A stretch of DNA of 64,000 bases from Escherichia phage vB_EcoM_Ozark. The stretch lies in sequence record NC_054927.1. The stretch is one strand, 5' to 3'. The notes below the pieces were generated by a model. It was not told the origin of the DNA. It made no database searches and saw only the letters and a program-made list of their open reading frames with translations. This document shows positions 28,490 to 39,115 of this stretch, piece by piece. The position numbers and the translations under genes are program-made. The number at the start of each line of letters is the position of its first letter. Position 1 is the stretch's first letter.

Positions 28490-28858
28490 TTAATTACCAA
28501 TCGTATATTTAGGAACGAGTTTCCATTCATGTTTTTGTTTAAAAGAAATAACTCGGAAGTTATTAGTTAAATCTTTCATAAAAGTTCTTTGACCAGGAAC
28601 GATTTCAATCAGTCCCCAATCTTCTAATAGCCATGCAATCGAATCACGACGAACTTCATCTTCTTCTGTCATTTCAACTTGACGACCATCCATACGAAGC
28701 ATTTCTTTAAAATGAACGATATAGTATAGTCCTTTTTTCTGAAGAATATGACAGGACTGATACAGAACTTTATCTTTATTATTAGCAATTCCCATACGAG
28801 TCAAAGTTTCTTTTACTTTCAGAAAATCTTCAGGTTTTTTAAGAGTAATTTCAATCAT
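28490..28858 (-). CDS. regA: RegA translational repressor (122 aa)
   Basis: 122 aa between 43 and 62. Confidence 0.85.
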   Translation of the reverse strand: MIEITLKKPEDFLKVKETLTRMGIANNKDKVLYQSCHILQKKGLYYIVHFKEMLRMDGRQVEMTEEDEVRRDSIAWLLEDWGLIEIVPGQRTFMKDLTNNFRVISFKQKHEWKLVPKYTIGN

Positions 28859-28859
28859 T

Positions 28860-29423
28860 TTACCATTCCAATGCTAGTTTTTTGAGTTGTTTCTGTTCTT
28901 TTACGTTCTTAGTCACTTCTTTCAAAAAATCATCCGTGACTAAACCTTTTAGTTCTTTTAATACTAAAGGTAGTTTTCCATTTTTAGTAAGAATTGATTT
29001 ATAGTTAATTGCATCATTTGTATTAACTTGATACCGCTTAGCAAGTAACTTAATAATCAATACTTCAGTAGAATCTTCGACCAGTTTTGCCCATTTACCA
29101 TATCTTTTACCCCGAGGAACAGCAGCCATCAGGTAATTAAAATGGGCTTCATCGCTTAAACCTGATCCAATTAAATTCATAGCATATACAGCTGGCATGC
29201 ATTCAGGAAATTGTGATAATGCATTCTCAACCATGTATTTTGAATAATCTTTTTGAGCAATAGAGCATTTAGTTTTATTATTAATAGCTCCAATTATTTC
29301 AAAAAACTCATTTTCAGCTTTTTCTTTAAAAGAATCAGCAGCAGATTGGACAGCTGTCCAATCTTTTGAATACCAAGCAACTTGATGCTCGTTTAATTGA
29401 ATATCATCTTCAAATAAGCTCAT
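28860..29423 (-). CDS. 62: clamp loader small subunit, gene 62 (187 aa)
   Basis: size and position. Confidence 0.85.
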   Translation of the reverse strand: MSLFEDDIQLNEHQVAWYSKDWTAVQSAADSFKEKAENEFFEIIGAINNKTKCSIAQKDYSKYMVENALSQFPECMPAVYAMNLIGSGLSDEAHFNYLMAAVPRGKRYGKWAKLVEDSTEVLIIKLLAKRYQVNTNDAINYKSILTKNGKLPLVLKELKGLVTDDFLKEVTKNVKEQKQLKKLALEW

Positions 29424-29424
29424 A

Positions 29425-30399
29425 TCACTTCCACTGCATTTCGCATGCCAATTGAATGAAAAGATATGCTAAATGTAATTCCGTATTAGCCGCAATTCCG
29501 TGATACTGGTTATTTTCACCAACAATTTCATACATACGAATAATACTTTGTGGAGTTACGCGTGTATAGATTTCTTCGGCAAGTTTACCAACGAACCACG
29601 AATAATCAGCCGCATATTTTGGTGCTAAAGCTCTGAGTTGTTTAACATCTTTATTTTTGAGAGACTCAAGAACATCATCAATAGCACCACGATCGTTAGT
29701 AACCAGTGATAAAATACCAGCATCCAAAACACCTTTAGACGAATAACTATCGAGCTCGCCAATAGTTTTACGAAAATCAGGAAAATTCTTTTTAACCAAA
29801 GCTGCTACAACTTTCATATCAGCTATAGCAATTCCTTCATGCTTACAGATTTCAGTCAATCGACGAATCATCTGCTTCATCATTTCAATTTTATCTTCAT
29901 CGGTTGGTTGACCGAACGTAATAACTCGGCAGCGTGACTGAAGCGGTTTAATAATACCATCAATATTGTTAGCAGTAATAATAATACTACAGTTTGAACT
30001 ATAAGCTTCCATAAAGGAACGAAGATGTCGCTGAGACTCTGCTAGCCCTGAGCGGTCAAATTCATCAATAACAATTACTTTTTGACGACCATCAAATGAA
30101 GCTGCACTAGCAAAATTAGTCAAAGGACCGCGAACAAAATCAATTTTACAATCTGACCCATTCACAAACATCATATCAGCATTTACATCATGACACAATG
30201 CTTTCGCTACGGTTGTTTTACCTGTTCCTGGAGAAGGAGAATGAAGAATAATATGTGGAATTTTACCTTTACTTGTAATAGATTTAAAGGTTTCTTTATC
30301 AAAGGCGGGAAGAATACATTCATCGATAGTAGATGGACGATATTTCTGTTCAAGAATGTGTTCTTTTTCATTTACGGTAATCATAATTTCCTCATTCAA
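29425..30399 (-). CDS. 44: clamp loader AAA+ subunit, gene 44 (324 aa)
   Basis: Walker [15 protein letters not shown] Walker B. Confidence 0.95.
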   Translation of the reverse strand: MNEEIMITVNEKEHILEQKYRPSTIDECILPAFDKETFKSITSKGKIPHIILHSPSPGTGKTTVAKALCHDVNADMMFVNGSDCKIDFVRGPLTNFASAASFDGRQKVIVIDEFDRSGLAESQRHLRSFMEAYSSNCSIIITANNIDGIIKPLQSRCRVITFGQPTDEDKIEMMKQMIRRLTEICKHEGIAIADMKVVAALVKKNFPDFRKTIGELDSYSSKGVLDAGILSLVTNDRGAIDDVLESLKNKDVKQLRALAPKYAADYSWFVGKLAEEIYTRVTPQSIIRMYEIVGENNQYHGIAANTELHLAYLFIQLACEMQWK

Positions 30400-30418
30400 G
30401 TTTTAGTGTAAATTATAA

Positions 30419-30432
30419 AGGGCCGAAGCCCT
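30419..30432 (-). terminator. short GC stem-loop with UUCG loop after gene 45
   Basis: AGGGC-UUCG-GCCCU. Confidence 0.4.
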
Positions 30433-30435
30433 CTA

Positions 30436-31122
30436 TTAAAAATCGTGGGTAGAATCAGCTTCAAGAGCTACTACATAATTCGCGTGTTCACCTTCAAATT
30501 TAGCAGCACCTTGTTTACCTTTTGCCCAGAGCAGAAGTTTATAATTTCCTGGTTGCATTTTCATATTTGCCATATTGATAATGAAATTAAATGTATTTTC
30601 ACCATCATAATCACCAAGAGTCAAAGAATATTTAACACGGGTCAGAGCAGAATCTTCTACTTTATTAAAACCGTTAATTACGATTTTACCTTCTTTTACC
30701 GTGATAGCAATTGTATCAATTTGCAGACCACGAGATACACGCAACAGTTGTTGAAGGTCTTCAGCTTTAATTTCAGTAACAACAGATGCTACCGGGAATG
30801 GAATTGGTTTATTAGGAGCAACTACTGTACTCGGATCGGCTGCTGGCCAAAAAATTGTTGAGCGGGCATCAGCAATTTTAATATTTCCATCTTCTGACTG
30901 GGAAATTTCTGCATCATCATTAACTAGAGACAGAATACCGAGAAAACCGTTCAAATCGTAAATTGCTACATCAAAATCAATAACGTCAGAAATATTTGCT
31001 TCCGCATAAGTTGTACCATTAACTGCACGAGTCATAATAAATTGACCGGATTTAAGCATAATACCAGAGTTAATAGTAGCGAAATTTTTAAGCAGAGCAG
31101 TAGTATCTTTAGACAGTTTCAT
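30436..31122 (-). CDS. 45: sliding clamp, gene 45 (228 aa)
   Basis: 228 aa; position. Confidence 0.9.
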   Translation of the reverse strand: MKLSKDTTALLKNFATINSGIMLKSGQFIMTRAVNGTTYAEANISDVIDFDVAIYDLNGFLGILSLVNDDAEISQSEDGNIKIADARSTIFWPAADPSTVVAPNKPIPFPVASVVTEIKAEDLQQLLRVSRGLQIDTIAITVKEGKIVINGFNKVEDSALTRVKYSLTLGDYDGENTFNFIINMANMKMQPGNYKLLLWAKGKQGAAKFEGEHANYVVALEADSTHDF

Positions 31123-31153
31123 GTAATTTCCTTCAATTCAAATGGGATTTAAT

Positions 31154-31177
31154 TTTATAACTAATTTAATAAAGCAA
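31154..31177 (-). promoter_or_regulatory. MotA-box middle promoter upstream of gene 45
   Basis: fwd taaagcaa 31170-31177, -10 TATAAA. Confidence 0.5.
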
Positions 31178-31567
31178 TTAACGATTAAAATCAGCCGCAA
31201 TTGTTTCAGCAACAATTTGAGCAGCAACAATTAGACGTTCATCTGCATTACCACAATAATCATCTTCAAGACGTTCACCGCATGAAGTCATAATAAATTT
31301 AGCACCGGCGTTTAGGGATTCTGCAGTATGTTTGCGCATTAGTTCAATCCATTTATTACTTACTTCACGATCGATAGCTTCATAATACGCATGACGAGCA
31401 GGTGCAGATTTAATTTTGTTCTGAATAACTTCCATTGCGTTATCAGAAAGAGACAAAACCCATGCTCGACGAATTTTATTTTGGTTTTGTGGATTTGATT
31501 CAGAACGCACGTGTTTTGGCTGAATATCTTTTACATCAACAGTATAATTCACAGTAATTTTAGTCAT
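31178..31567 (-). CDS. rpbA: RNA polymerase-binding protein RpbA (129 aa)
   Basis: 129 aa upstream of gene 45. Confidence 0.7.
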   Translation of the reverse strand: MTKITVNYTVDVKDIQPKHVRSESNPQNQNKIRRAWVLSLSDNAMEVIQNKIKSAPARHAYYEAIDREVSNKWIELMRKHTAESLNAGAKFIMTSCGERLEDDYCGNADERLIVAAQIVAETIAADFNR

Positions 31568-31576
31568 AATACACCT

Positions 31577-31768
31577 TTAGTCATAATAATCAGTAACAGT
31601 CCAAGCTTCATTTCTGTTGGACATTATTTTCGTATATTCTGATTTAAATGCATTCTTAAGCATAGATTCAGTAACTATATGCTCTTCATTAGAAAAATTA
31701 TTTCTCAGAATATATCGTTTTATTTCAGGAATAGTTAATAGATGCTGTCCAGTTGAATATTCTGCCAC
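31577..31768 (-). CDS. hypothetical protein (63 aa)
   Basis: ORF. Confidence 0.4.
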   Translation of the reverse strand: MAEYSTGQHLLTIPEIKRYILRNNFSNEEHIVTESMLKNAFKSEYTKIMSNRNEAWTVTDYYD

Positions 31769-31819
31769 AGTTCCTCCGTATAAATATGTTTATCACTCGC
31801 TGTATCAAAAGGATATGTT

Positions 31820-32536
31820 ATGAATTATAAACTAATTTATGAAAAGTTAATCTCTAATGCTAAATCTCGAAAACTTGATTGCTATACTGAATCTCATCAC
31901 ATTATACCACGCTGTTTAAATGGAAGTGATGATGCTTCAAACTTAGTAGATTTAACACCAGAAGAGCACTATGTAGCTCATCAACTTTTAGTAAAAATTT
32001 ATCCTTCTGAACCAAAATTAGTCTATGCTGCTAATATGATGACAGTTTCTACGAAATACGCTAAACGCAACAATAAAACTTTCGGTTGGATTCGTCGTAA
32101 ACTCTGGGAAATAGAAAAGAACAAAGAATTCTCCCAGGAGACACGAAAGAAAATGTCTGATGCAGTAGCTAATAAAGCAAGACTAACTTGTCCTCATTGC
32201 GGTAAGTCTGGATTAAGCGGAAATATGAATCGTTGGCATTTTGATAACTGCCCAAATCACCCTAATCCTAAAGTTAGACCACCAATGTCTAAAGAACACA
32301 GAAATAATATCTCAAACGGGCTTAAAGCAATCGTTCTTGAAGAAACATCCTGCGAATTCTGCGGAATGATAGGCAAGAAATGCGTTATCGCAGCGCATAG
32401 AAATTTCTGCAAGAAAAATCCAAATGGACGCAAGAAAACTGAAAAGACTGGTACTTGCGTCCATTGCGGTAAAGTTACCACTTTCGGAAATTTATCAAGG
32501 TGGCATAATGATAACTGTAAATATAAACCTAGCTAA
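31820..32536 (+). CDS. free-standing HNH endonuclease with three C-terminal Cys/His zinc-knuckle repeats (238 aa), plus strand
   Basis: ESHHIIPR...N...EEHYVAH motif; repeats CPHCGK..RWHFDNC, CEFCG..AAHRNFC, CVHCGK..RWHNDNC. Confidence 0.7.
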   Translation: MNYKLIYEKLISNAKSRKLDCYTESHHIIPRCLNGSDDASNLVDLTPEEHYVAHQLLVKIYPSEPKLVYAANMMTVSTKYAKRNNKTFGWIRRKLWEIEKNKEFSQETRKKMSDAVANKARLTCPHCGKSGLSGNMNRWHFDNCPNHPNPKVRPPMSKEHRNNISNGLKAIVLEETSCEFCGMIGKKCVIAAHRNFCKKNPNGRKKTEKTGTCVHCGKVTTFGNLSRWHNDNCKYKPS

Positions 32537-34217
32537 TCTTAGCTAAACTAAATCTACCAACTTTTTCCATTTGAATATGCTGACCATATTCTTGTGGGTC
32601 ATGGTCTTTATGTGAAATTATGAAGAAGTTGGTATCCTTCAAACCATCTAAAATTTTAGCTACATTTTTAATACCTTCAGCATCAAATGCACCGTCATAC
32701 ACTTCATCAAGAAATAAACAACTTATTTTAACACCTGAAACTTTTTCAGCAATATCACGCCAAGTAAATAAAAGAGCAATATCAATTCGTGCTTTTTCAC
32801 CTTGACTAAATGAAGCATAACTAAAATCTTCACGACCACGAGATTTAATTGTCTCATTAAATTCTTCATCTAATGTAAACACATAATCCGCTTCCATTAT
32901 TTTAAGATAATGGTTAATTTGCTTATTAAATAATGGAATGTACTTTTTAATAATAGCACCTTTAATACCAGAATCTTTGAGCATATCAGTCAAAATTCCT
33001 CGGTGGTATTTTTCCATTACTAAATTAGTTTTTGTCTTAACAATTTTATCAAGTTCTTCTTGAAGCAGTGCTATTTCATCAGCATGGTCAATAAACTCAG
33101 AAGATGCTTTTTCTATAGCTGCTTTAACTTTTTTGGCTTTATCTACCGTCGTGATTAGAGATTGCTTTTTATTGCGAATATCATTTGCCAACGACTGCTG
33201 AGTTTTAATATTATCTCGGTATTCATCAACAAGAACTTTTAAATTATCACGGTGTGTTGAAAGCTGTTCAAACGAATGCGTACATTCAGAAACTTTATCT
33301 TTAATTTTAGAAACAACTTTATCACCGGAACTTAATTGTGACAGGCAGGTTGGACATAATCCACCTTCGTGATACATATTAATGACTTTATTGTACGAGT
33401 CAATTTTTGATTTAATTAAAACTGCTTCTTGACCGATTTTATTAAATGCATCAGTCGGGTCTTCATCTAAAACAATATTAACTAATCTTTCATTAGCTTC
33501 TTCTATTTCCGATTTTAGCGTTCTAGCTTCTTTTGCCAAATCATCATACATATTTTGTAGACGAGTAAGGTTGTCACCAGTTAATTTTTTCTGGCGTTCA
33601 ACGTTATCATTATATATTTTAATTTGTTGGATAATACTATCTTTTTTAACATCAAGCACTTGGTTTTGTGAATTTAATTCACGTATTAGTGCTTTATTAA
33701 GCTTATCCATTTCAGCTAATGTTCCTACCTCAAGCAGGTCTTCCACAAGCTTTCTTCGCGCAGGGGTCGACAAACCCATGAAAGGGGTATACCCTGCTGT
33801 ACCAAGGACAACAATCTGCTTGAAACTGGCATATGACATTCCGATAAGCTGTTCAAATTCTGCTTGGAAATCTTTACTGCTGGCAGATTCATTAAGACGT
33901 GTACCGTTAACGGTGATTTCGAAAACGTTCGGTTTTTGTCCTCTTTTGATATAGTACTTTTTCTCATCATATTCCATCCACAGTTCAACTAAAAGTTCTT
34001 TCTTATTTGTGCTGTTTATTAATTGACCTTTCTTTACATCACGAAATGGCTTTCCAAAAAGCCCAAATGTGATGGCTTCTAACATAGTAGACTTACCACC
34101 GCCATTTCGTCCAGTGATAAGAGTTTTTTGAACCTTATCTAATTGAATGTCAATAGGATTTCCACCTACTGACATTATATTTTGATACCTAACTCGGTTT
34201 AGTTTAAAATTCTTCAC
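32529..34217 (-). CDS. 46: recombination nuclease subunit (Rad50/SbcC-like), gene 46, 562 aa
   Basis: Walker A GRNGGGKST, coiled coil, signature and D-loop. Confidence 0.95.
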   Translation of the reverse strand: MKNFKLNRVRYQNIMSVGGNPIDIQLDKVQKTLITGRNGGGKSTMLEAITFGLFGKPFRDVKKGQLINSTNKKELLVELWMEYDEKKYYIKRGQKPNVFEITVNGTRLNESASSKDFQAEFEQLIGMSYASFKQIVVLGTAGYTPFMGLSTPARRKLVEDLLEVGTLAEMDKLNKALIRELNSQNQVLDVKKDSIIQQIKIYNDNVERQKKLTGDNLTRLQNMYDDLAKEARTLKSEIEEANERLVNIVLDEDPTDAFNKIGQEAVLIKSKIDSYNKVINMYHEGGLCPTCLSQLSSGDKVVSKIKDKVSECTHSFEQLSTHRDNLKVLVDEYRDNIKTQQSLANDIRNKKQSLITTVDKAKKVKAAIEKASSEFIDHADEIALLQEELDKIVKTKTNLVMEKYHRGILTDMLKDSGIKGAIIKKYIPLFNKQINHYLKIMEADYVFTLDEEFNETIKSRGREDFSYASFSQGEKARIDIALLFTWRDIAEKVSGVKISCLFLDEVYDGAFDAEGIKNVAKILDGLKDTNFFIISHKDHDPQEYGQHIQMEKVGRFSLAKIS

Positions 34218-34429
34218 AAAAGATTCCTTTTAATGTATCTTTTAGACCATTCTATCATATCATCATAATCTAAAAAGTATTCATCAAATTCAGCCATGCA
34301 AATAACACCTTGTGCTGCTTTTGATGTGATATAAATTATTCCAACATATCTAGAATCTTCTTCGGTATAATCAATGTTTGCTATGAATTCATCATTAATG
34401 TCAAATGTCGAAAACTTCACAGTATGCAT
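34214..34429 (-). CDS. hypothetical small protein (about 71 aa; start uncertain)
   Basis: ATGA overlap with gene 46; alternative start at 34477. Confidence 0.3.
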   Translation of the reverse strand: MHTVKFSTFDINDEFIANIDYTEEDSRYVGIIYITSKAAQGVICMAEFDEYFLDYDDMIEWSKRYIKRNLL

Positions 34430-34664
34430 CCTTAATACAAGATACAGCCATATCTCGCAATGATTTAGGTGTGTCATTATCTAAAATGTTGAAGTTAAAA
34501 GATACAGCCCAATCTGTACAGACCGTAACTTTTTTAATACAATTATCTTCAACTTCTAGTGGTTCAAACCAGTATTCAATAATTTCTTTATGACCAATAT
34601 CATCTTTTACTTCACATTCAAAATGCTGACTCATCATAACATTTTTAAATTCATCAAAAGTCAT
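34401..34664 (-). CDS. hypothetical protein (87 aa)
   Basis: ATGA overlap with gene 47 stop. Confidence 0.45.
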   Translation of the reverse strand: MTFDEFKNVMMSQHFECEVKDDIGHKEIIEYWFEPLEVEDNCIKKVTVCTDWAVSFNFNILDNDTPKSLRDMAVSCIKDAYCEVFDI

Positions 34665-35680
34665 TGTGTTGCCTCTACATATAACTGATTTGCATATTGA
34701 ATAAGTGCTTCACGATCAGAATCAGTGATGTCTGGAATTGCATTAATATACTCTTCCATCAATGTCTGAAGCGATTGAACTTCAACTTCTTCACTGTCAT
34801 CTGACTCGACAGAGTTATCAATCTTTGACACAACTCGTAATGAATGCACAACTTTCTCTAGTTCAGATTCGAACTTCGTCAGATTTTTGTCTACTTCAGT
34901 TACTATAACACGTACTGATAGATTTGTAAAATCTTTATAGTCAATTTTTCCTTTGAATGGATAATGAATTCTACGATGCCAGGTAGTATTGTTTGGAATA
35001 AATTCCATTCGTTCTGTTTCTGTGTCAAACATCCAGAACCCACGAGGGTCATTCTCGTCACCTGCAGTTAGTGTCCATGGTGTCCCAATATATCTGACGT
35101 TTGCAGCCTCAGAAATAGTATGGAAGTGACCAGACCACACTTCTTTATAAGTCTTAAGGAAATCAGGTTCAAGACCATGAGATTTCATTCCTTTATAAAA
35201 ATAAAATCCGTTCAGTTCCCAGTGACCAACACAAAAAGAAGCAGATGAAGTTTTAATATGTTCAAGAATTTCACCAGTATTTTCTTCGCACATCCAAGGA
35301 ATTAAATCAATCAAACATCCGTCAAAATCTACTGTAGTAGGCTTATCATATACTTTAACATTAGGATATTTAGCCAAAAGCTCAGTAGAAGCATTTGGAG
35401 TTAAAGTATTTTTAAAGTGCATATCATGGTTTCCTACAATAGTATGTAGTGTAATACCAGCATCATCAAGCATTTGAACTATTTCACGAGCGAACTCCAT
35501 AGTTTTATGCGTGATTGCTTTTCGCACATCAAAAATATCGCCGTATTGAATCCATGTAGTAATTCCATTTTTCTTAGAATATTCTATTGCTTGTTTAATT
35601 CCATCCAACTGAATGGATTGAACCCACTCATCATCAGCTTTAACGCCTAAATGCCAATCACCTAAATTTAAAATTTTCAT
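34661..35680 (-). CDS. 47: recombination nuclease subunit (Mre11/SbcD-like), gene 47, 339 aa
   Basis: metallophosphatase motifs DWHLG, GNHD. Confidence 0.95.
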   Translation of the reverse strand: MKILNLGDWHLGVKADDEWVQSIQLDGIKQAIEYSKKNGITTWIQYGDIFDVRKAITHKTMEFAREIVQMLDDAGITLHTIVGNHDMHFKNTLTPNASTELLAKYPNVKVYDKPTTVDFDGCLIDLIPWMCEENTGEILEHIKTSSASFCVGHWELNGFYFYKGMKSHGLEPDFLKTYKEVWSGHFHTISEAANVRYIGTPWTLTAGDENDPRGFWMFDTETERMEFIPNNTTWHRRIHYPFKGKIDYKDFTNLSVRVIVTEVDKNLTKFESELEKVVHSLRVVSKIDNSVESDDSEEVEVQSLQTLMEEYINAIPDITDSDREALIQYANQLYVEATQ

Positions 35681-35817
35681 ATATCAAGAACCGTCATTGA
35701 AATGCAAAATAAAATTATTGAAATAAATCCATCTGGAGTGCTAAAGAACCCAATCCAACATGCTTTAGTGAATAGATAAAATGCAAGAAAAAGTATCACA
35801 TATTCAAGAAATATCAT
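35677..35817 (-). CDS. small hydrophobic peptide (46 aa), not in ORF track
   Basis: hand translation MIFLEYVILFLAFYLFTKACWIGFFSTPDGFISIILFCISMTVLDI; stop overlaps gene 47 ATG. Confidence 0.35.
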   Translation of the reverse strand: MIFLEYVILFLAFYLFTKACWIGFFSTPDGFISIILFCISMTVLDI

Positions 35818-35840
35818 TATATCAAACTCCGTATAAAGCT

Positions 35841-35858
35841 AAAGGGCCGAAGCCCTTT
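35841..35858 (-). terminator. GC stem-loop with UUCG loop overlapping alpha-gt stop
   Basis: AAAGGGC-UUCG-GCCCUUU; near-identical 30-nt module at 4316-4348. Confidence 0.5.
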
Positions 35859-37059
35859 ATTTTGTAATAATGTCAAACTGTTCTTTAAAGCAGAAGCTTG
35901 AATCTTGATGCTGATACAAAAATTCATAAGCTTTTTCGCGTTCGCGGTCATAAAGAGTTCGGTCAGATGACAGTTCTTTAATACGTTCAAATGTTGATTC
36001 CATGTCATTTTCATCAAACCAAATGATACCGCTATCATGCGAGGTCAAAGGAGTATTATCAACACGGAATTTTAAATTTTCGCCAGTAGATTTCCAAAAT
36101 ACCGGAATTGTTCCACATGCACCAAGCTCGAGATGAGTATATTCTAAAGAACGTTGTAGATATTTTTTATCCAACTTACTCAACTGATAACCAAAACCGG
36201 ATTTACTCATACGTTCAAGCATTTCGCTATTTACATAACGGTCAAGAATTTGCGTTGGCAAATTAGGAGCAATTTTAATTTGGTCTACTTGATGAAGACG
36301 ATAATACTCGTATGGAATTCCTTTTTCTTTAATAGGAATGAACGCTGGAGAACGTTCCAGACCTTCCATAATAGTACTTAGTCCTGCAGGTTTAAGATGT
36401 TTTTCATGAAAATCAAACATCTGATAAAAACCTTTCCATGTAGTCGTACGACCAATCCAACGGTTGATATTCATGTTAATTTCAGAAACATCTTTCCAGT
36501 AGGTTGACCGAACCTTCGCAATATCCATAGGAGGCTGAAAGTTATATACTGTCGGTGCTTCTTCAATATCATCAAACAGAGAAACTGTTTCAGGATACCA
36601 TTCTTTCATCAGAACTTTATTAAAATCACCATTATCAGAATGGCTAAAAATAACATCAGCTCGACGAACAGTTTCTTCTAATCCCAAATTTCGGCGCAAA
36701 GAAAGAGAAGAATGGTCATGTTGATAAACTACAACACGAACAGAAGGTTTAATGTTATCAATAATTTTTTTATAGTTATTAATAGTGTCTTCTTCAACTG
36801 AAGTAGCAGGAACTGAATTTATAATTAGAATATCACAATCATTTACCAGTTTAAGTGTTTTATCGTATTCTTTTGCCAATAAAACCGGAATTGAAAATGA
36901 TTTATAATCATGTGCACAGTTACGAGTAAATGATTTATCTTTAGCATAAACCAAAGTTACTTCATGACCATTTTTAATAAACCAATCACGTTGCTCAAGA
37001 GAAAATTTAGTTACACCGCAACCTTCAAGACCTCGAGCCATAAAAATACATACTTTCAT
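35857..37059 (-). CDS. agt: DNA alpha-glucosyltransferase (400 aa)
   Basis: 400 aa, MKVCIFMARGLEGCGVTKF start as recalled for T4 alpha-gt. Confidence 0.9.
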   Translation of the reverse strand: MKVCIFMARGLEGCGVTKFSLEQRDWFIKNGHEVTLVYAKDKSFTRNCAHDYKSFSIPVLLAKEYDKTLKLVNDCDILIINSVPATSVEEDTINNYKKIIDNIKPSVRVVVYQHDHSSLSLRRNLGLEETVRRADVIFSHSDNGDFNKVLMKEWYPETVSLFDDIEEAPTVYNFQPPMDIAKVRSTYWKDVSEINMNINRWIGRTTTWKGFYQMFDFHEKHLKPAGLSTIMEGLERSPAFIPIKEKGIPYEYYRLHQVDQIKIAPNLPTQILDRYVNSEMLERMSKSGFGYQLSKLDKKYLQRSLEYTHLELGACGTIPVFWKSTGENLKFRVDNTPLTSHDSGIIWFDENDMESTFERIKELSSDRTLYDREREKAYEFLYQHQDSSFCFKEQFDIITK

Positions 37060-37083
37060 TTAATATCCTCTTTGTTTTGGTTT

Positions 37084-37108
37084 ATTTTACCAAAAATTTA
37101 TAAAGCAA
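37084..37108 (-). promoter_or_regulatory. MotA-box middle promoter upstream of alpha-gt
   Basis: fwd taaagcaa 37101-37108, -10 TAAAAT. Confidence 0.5.
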
Positions 37109-37110
37109 TA

Positions 37111-37128
37111 TAGGAGCCGAAGCTCCTA
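37111..37128 (-). terminator. GC stem-loop with UUCG loop
   Basis: UAGGAGC-UUCG-GCUCCUA. Confidence 0.45.
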
Positions 37129-37302
37129 TCCACATAATACGCCATACAGAGGCTCATTAGAACTTTTAAATTTTATGCGCTTATATGTTATAGTTCCTTC
37201 TGCTTTAGCTTTATCATGAGACTCTTTAAAGCGTCTCATCATTTCCTCTTTAGAGGAACGAATTTTATTATAATCTATTTCAGAAGTCTGGGTGTTCATC
37301 TT

Positions 37303-37509
37303 TCACATTTGCCACCATTTTTTGACTTGATAAGAATCAACCCACACTTTCATATTAGGGTCTGCTCTTACAATAGGAGGATTAACTTCTTTAATTGAAC
37401 TATCATGGTATTCTTTTTCAGAAATTTTCACGCAAAGATGACCATTCAAAGATTCAGTAAATCCTGCATTAATTTTAAGACGCTTGAATTTTACGTGTGT
37501 AAGCATCAA
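37303..37509 (-). CDS. hypothetical protein (68 aa)
   Basis: ORF. Confidence 0.4.
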   Translation of the reverse strand: MMLTHVKFKRLKINAGFTESLNGHLCVKISEKEYHDSSIKEVNPPIVRADPNMKVWVDSYQVKKWWQM

Positions 37510-37792
37510 TCATATCCTCAATTTGCGATCTAGTAGTCTTCCAAAGAATACTGATGAGTTCATCGTTATATGGCTGTTTTAGAATATCCCGACTTTTCTT
37601 GATAGCATATTCGTATTGAGCAAAATTATTATTTTCAGCTGCGATCTGAGCGTGCTTATAAAGACGATTCAGTTCGCGTTTGTTTTTAGACAATAACTTA
37701 TTTGCTTTTCTTTCTGCTTCAAGACGGTTCTTTTCTTCAATAGAAGAAATAAGCTTTTCCACTTCATCATTAATTTCGGGTTTATCAGTCAT
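37475..37792 (-). CDS. hypothetical protein (105 aa)
   Basis: ORF. Confidence 0.4.
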   Translation of the reverse strand: MTDKPEINDEVEKLISSIEEKNRLEAERKANKLLSKNKRELNRLYKHAQIAAENNNFAQYEYAIKKSRDILKQPYNDELISILWKTTRSQIEDMIDAYTRKIQAS

Positions 37793-37793
37793 A

Positions 37794-38012
37794 TTATTTC
37801 TCTAATATAAAATAAAAATCATCATCTGTTAAATGATACCGATAGTTTAATTCTACACCATTAGATTTAAAAGCGGTATCATACGGATTTTCTGGATCAA
37901 TATCAATGTCAAGAGCTAAAACTTCCCTGAGATACATTTTAAGTAAATAGGGAATAGCTTCAACTTCAGGTATTTCTTCCAAGAATCCGGAGAGGTTAAT
38001 CGTTAGCCTCAT
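37794..38012 (-). CDS. hypothetical protein (72 aa)
   Basis: ORF. Confidence 0.4.
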
Positions 38013-38553
38013 ATAAAAAATCCAAACTAGGAGAATCGTCTACAACACTTTTCTTTTCAGCCCCCGGTGTTCTATAGGTTGATTCTTCGTAATGCGTCAT
38101 TTTATCGTAGATGTCTTGAATAAAAGTTTCATCTACTAACGCAACCATATCGTCGTCACGACTGTCATAGACATTGTGAACGAAGTAACTATATTTCTTT
38201 GCAACTTCCTTACGTTCTTTTTTAATACGTTGGACGAATGCATTAAAACAAGCTTGAGTTATATATGCATGTGGGTTTTTATATTTCGTTTCATCAAAAT
38301 TATGAAGCCCCTTAATAGAAGCTTCTATACCATCTGCAATCATTTCTTGTTTCCAAGACTGGGTGTATCCTGAAAAGTTGAAACGTTTAGATAAGCCTTC
38401 TGCAATAAGCATAATGGCTAATCCGATAGTATCATTCTGACGAACTACTTTATTTGGGTCTTTATTATTTGCTAATTCTGTTTTCCAATCAATAATAGCT
38501 TGTAAAAGCTCTTTATTGTTTACGTAATTATATTTAGGCTTAGTTTCTGACAT
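37996..38553 (-). CDS. 55: late sigma factor gp55 (185 aa)
   Basis: start set to ATG 38553 ([20 protein letters not shown]; AGAGGTGA RBS); the track start 38559 is a GTG. Confidence 0.9.
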
Positions 38554-38631
38554 TTTCACCTCTTAGCTCAATTCATAGATCTATTATATCATAATATTTG
38601 AAGATCTATCTTAAAGCATAGAGGATATCAG

Positions 38632-38901
38632 TTATCTAAGTAAACAGTATGCTTGGAACACTTTCTCCATCATCTTTTTAAATTCATGAATATCTATATA
38701 ATGACTAGTTAGATCAGCATGATATAAAAAGTCTAAAAACTTTTCATGTGTACTAACATATTCACTTTCATTTAATTCAGAAACATGGCTTTCCCAATAT
38801 CCAACACCAGTCTTATTTGGGAAAAATGAAATTTTCATGTATTGGTCAACATAGAAAATGCCATAATTTTCAATAGTAATAGAAATATTAATAAATTTCA
38901 T
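38632..38901 (-). CDS. hypothetical protein (89 aa)
   Basis: ORF. Confidence 0.4.
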   Translation of the reverse strand: MKFINISITIENYGIFYVDQYMKISFFPNKTGVGYWESHVSELNESEYVSTHEKFLDFLYHADLTSHYIDIHEFKKMMEKVFQAYCLLR

Positions 38902-39113
38902 ACATTCATCAACTTAGCCGCTTCAAGAGCTGCATCTAGTGAATCAAATTGGTCAACGTATTCAATCAATTCGCCATAATTGGCATATAACCACCATTGG
39001 CTAAATTCATACTCAAGGATGAATCCGTTTCCTTCAATTTGAGTTAAACCAATGCCATTTGTATTTACTTCATATCCAGCAAGACGCAAATCGTTAATAA
39101 GAGCTTCGTTCAT
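38898..39113 (-). CDS. hypothetical protein (71 aa)
   Basis: ORF. Confidence 0.4.
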   Translation of the reverse strand: MNEALINDLRLAGYEVNTNGIGLTQIEGNGFILEYEFSQWWLYANYGELIEYVDQFDSLDAALEAAKLMNV

Positions 39114-39115
39114 AA

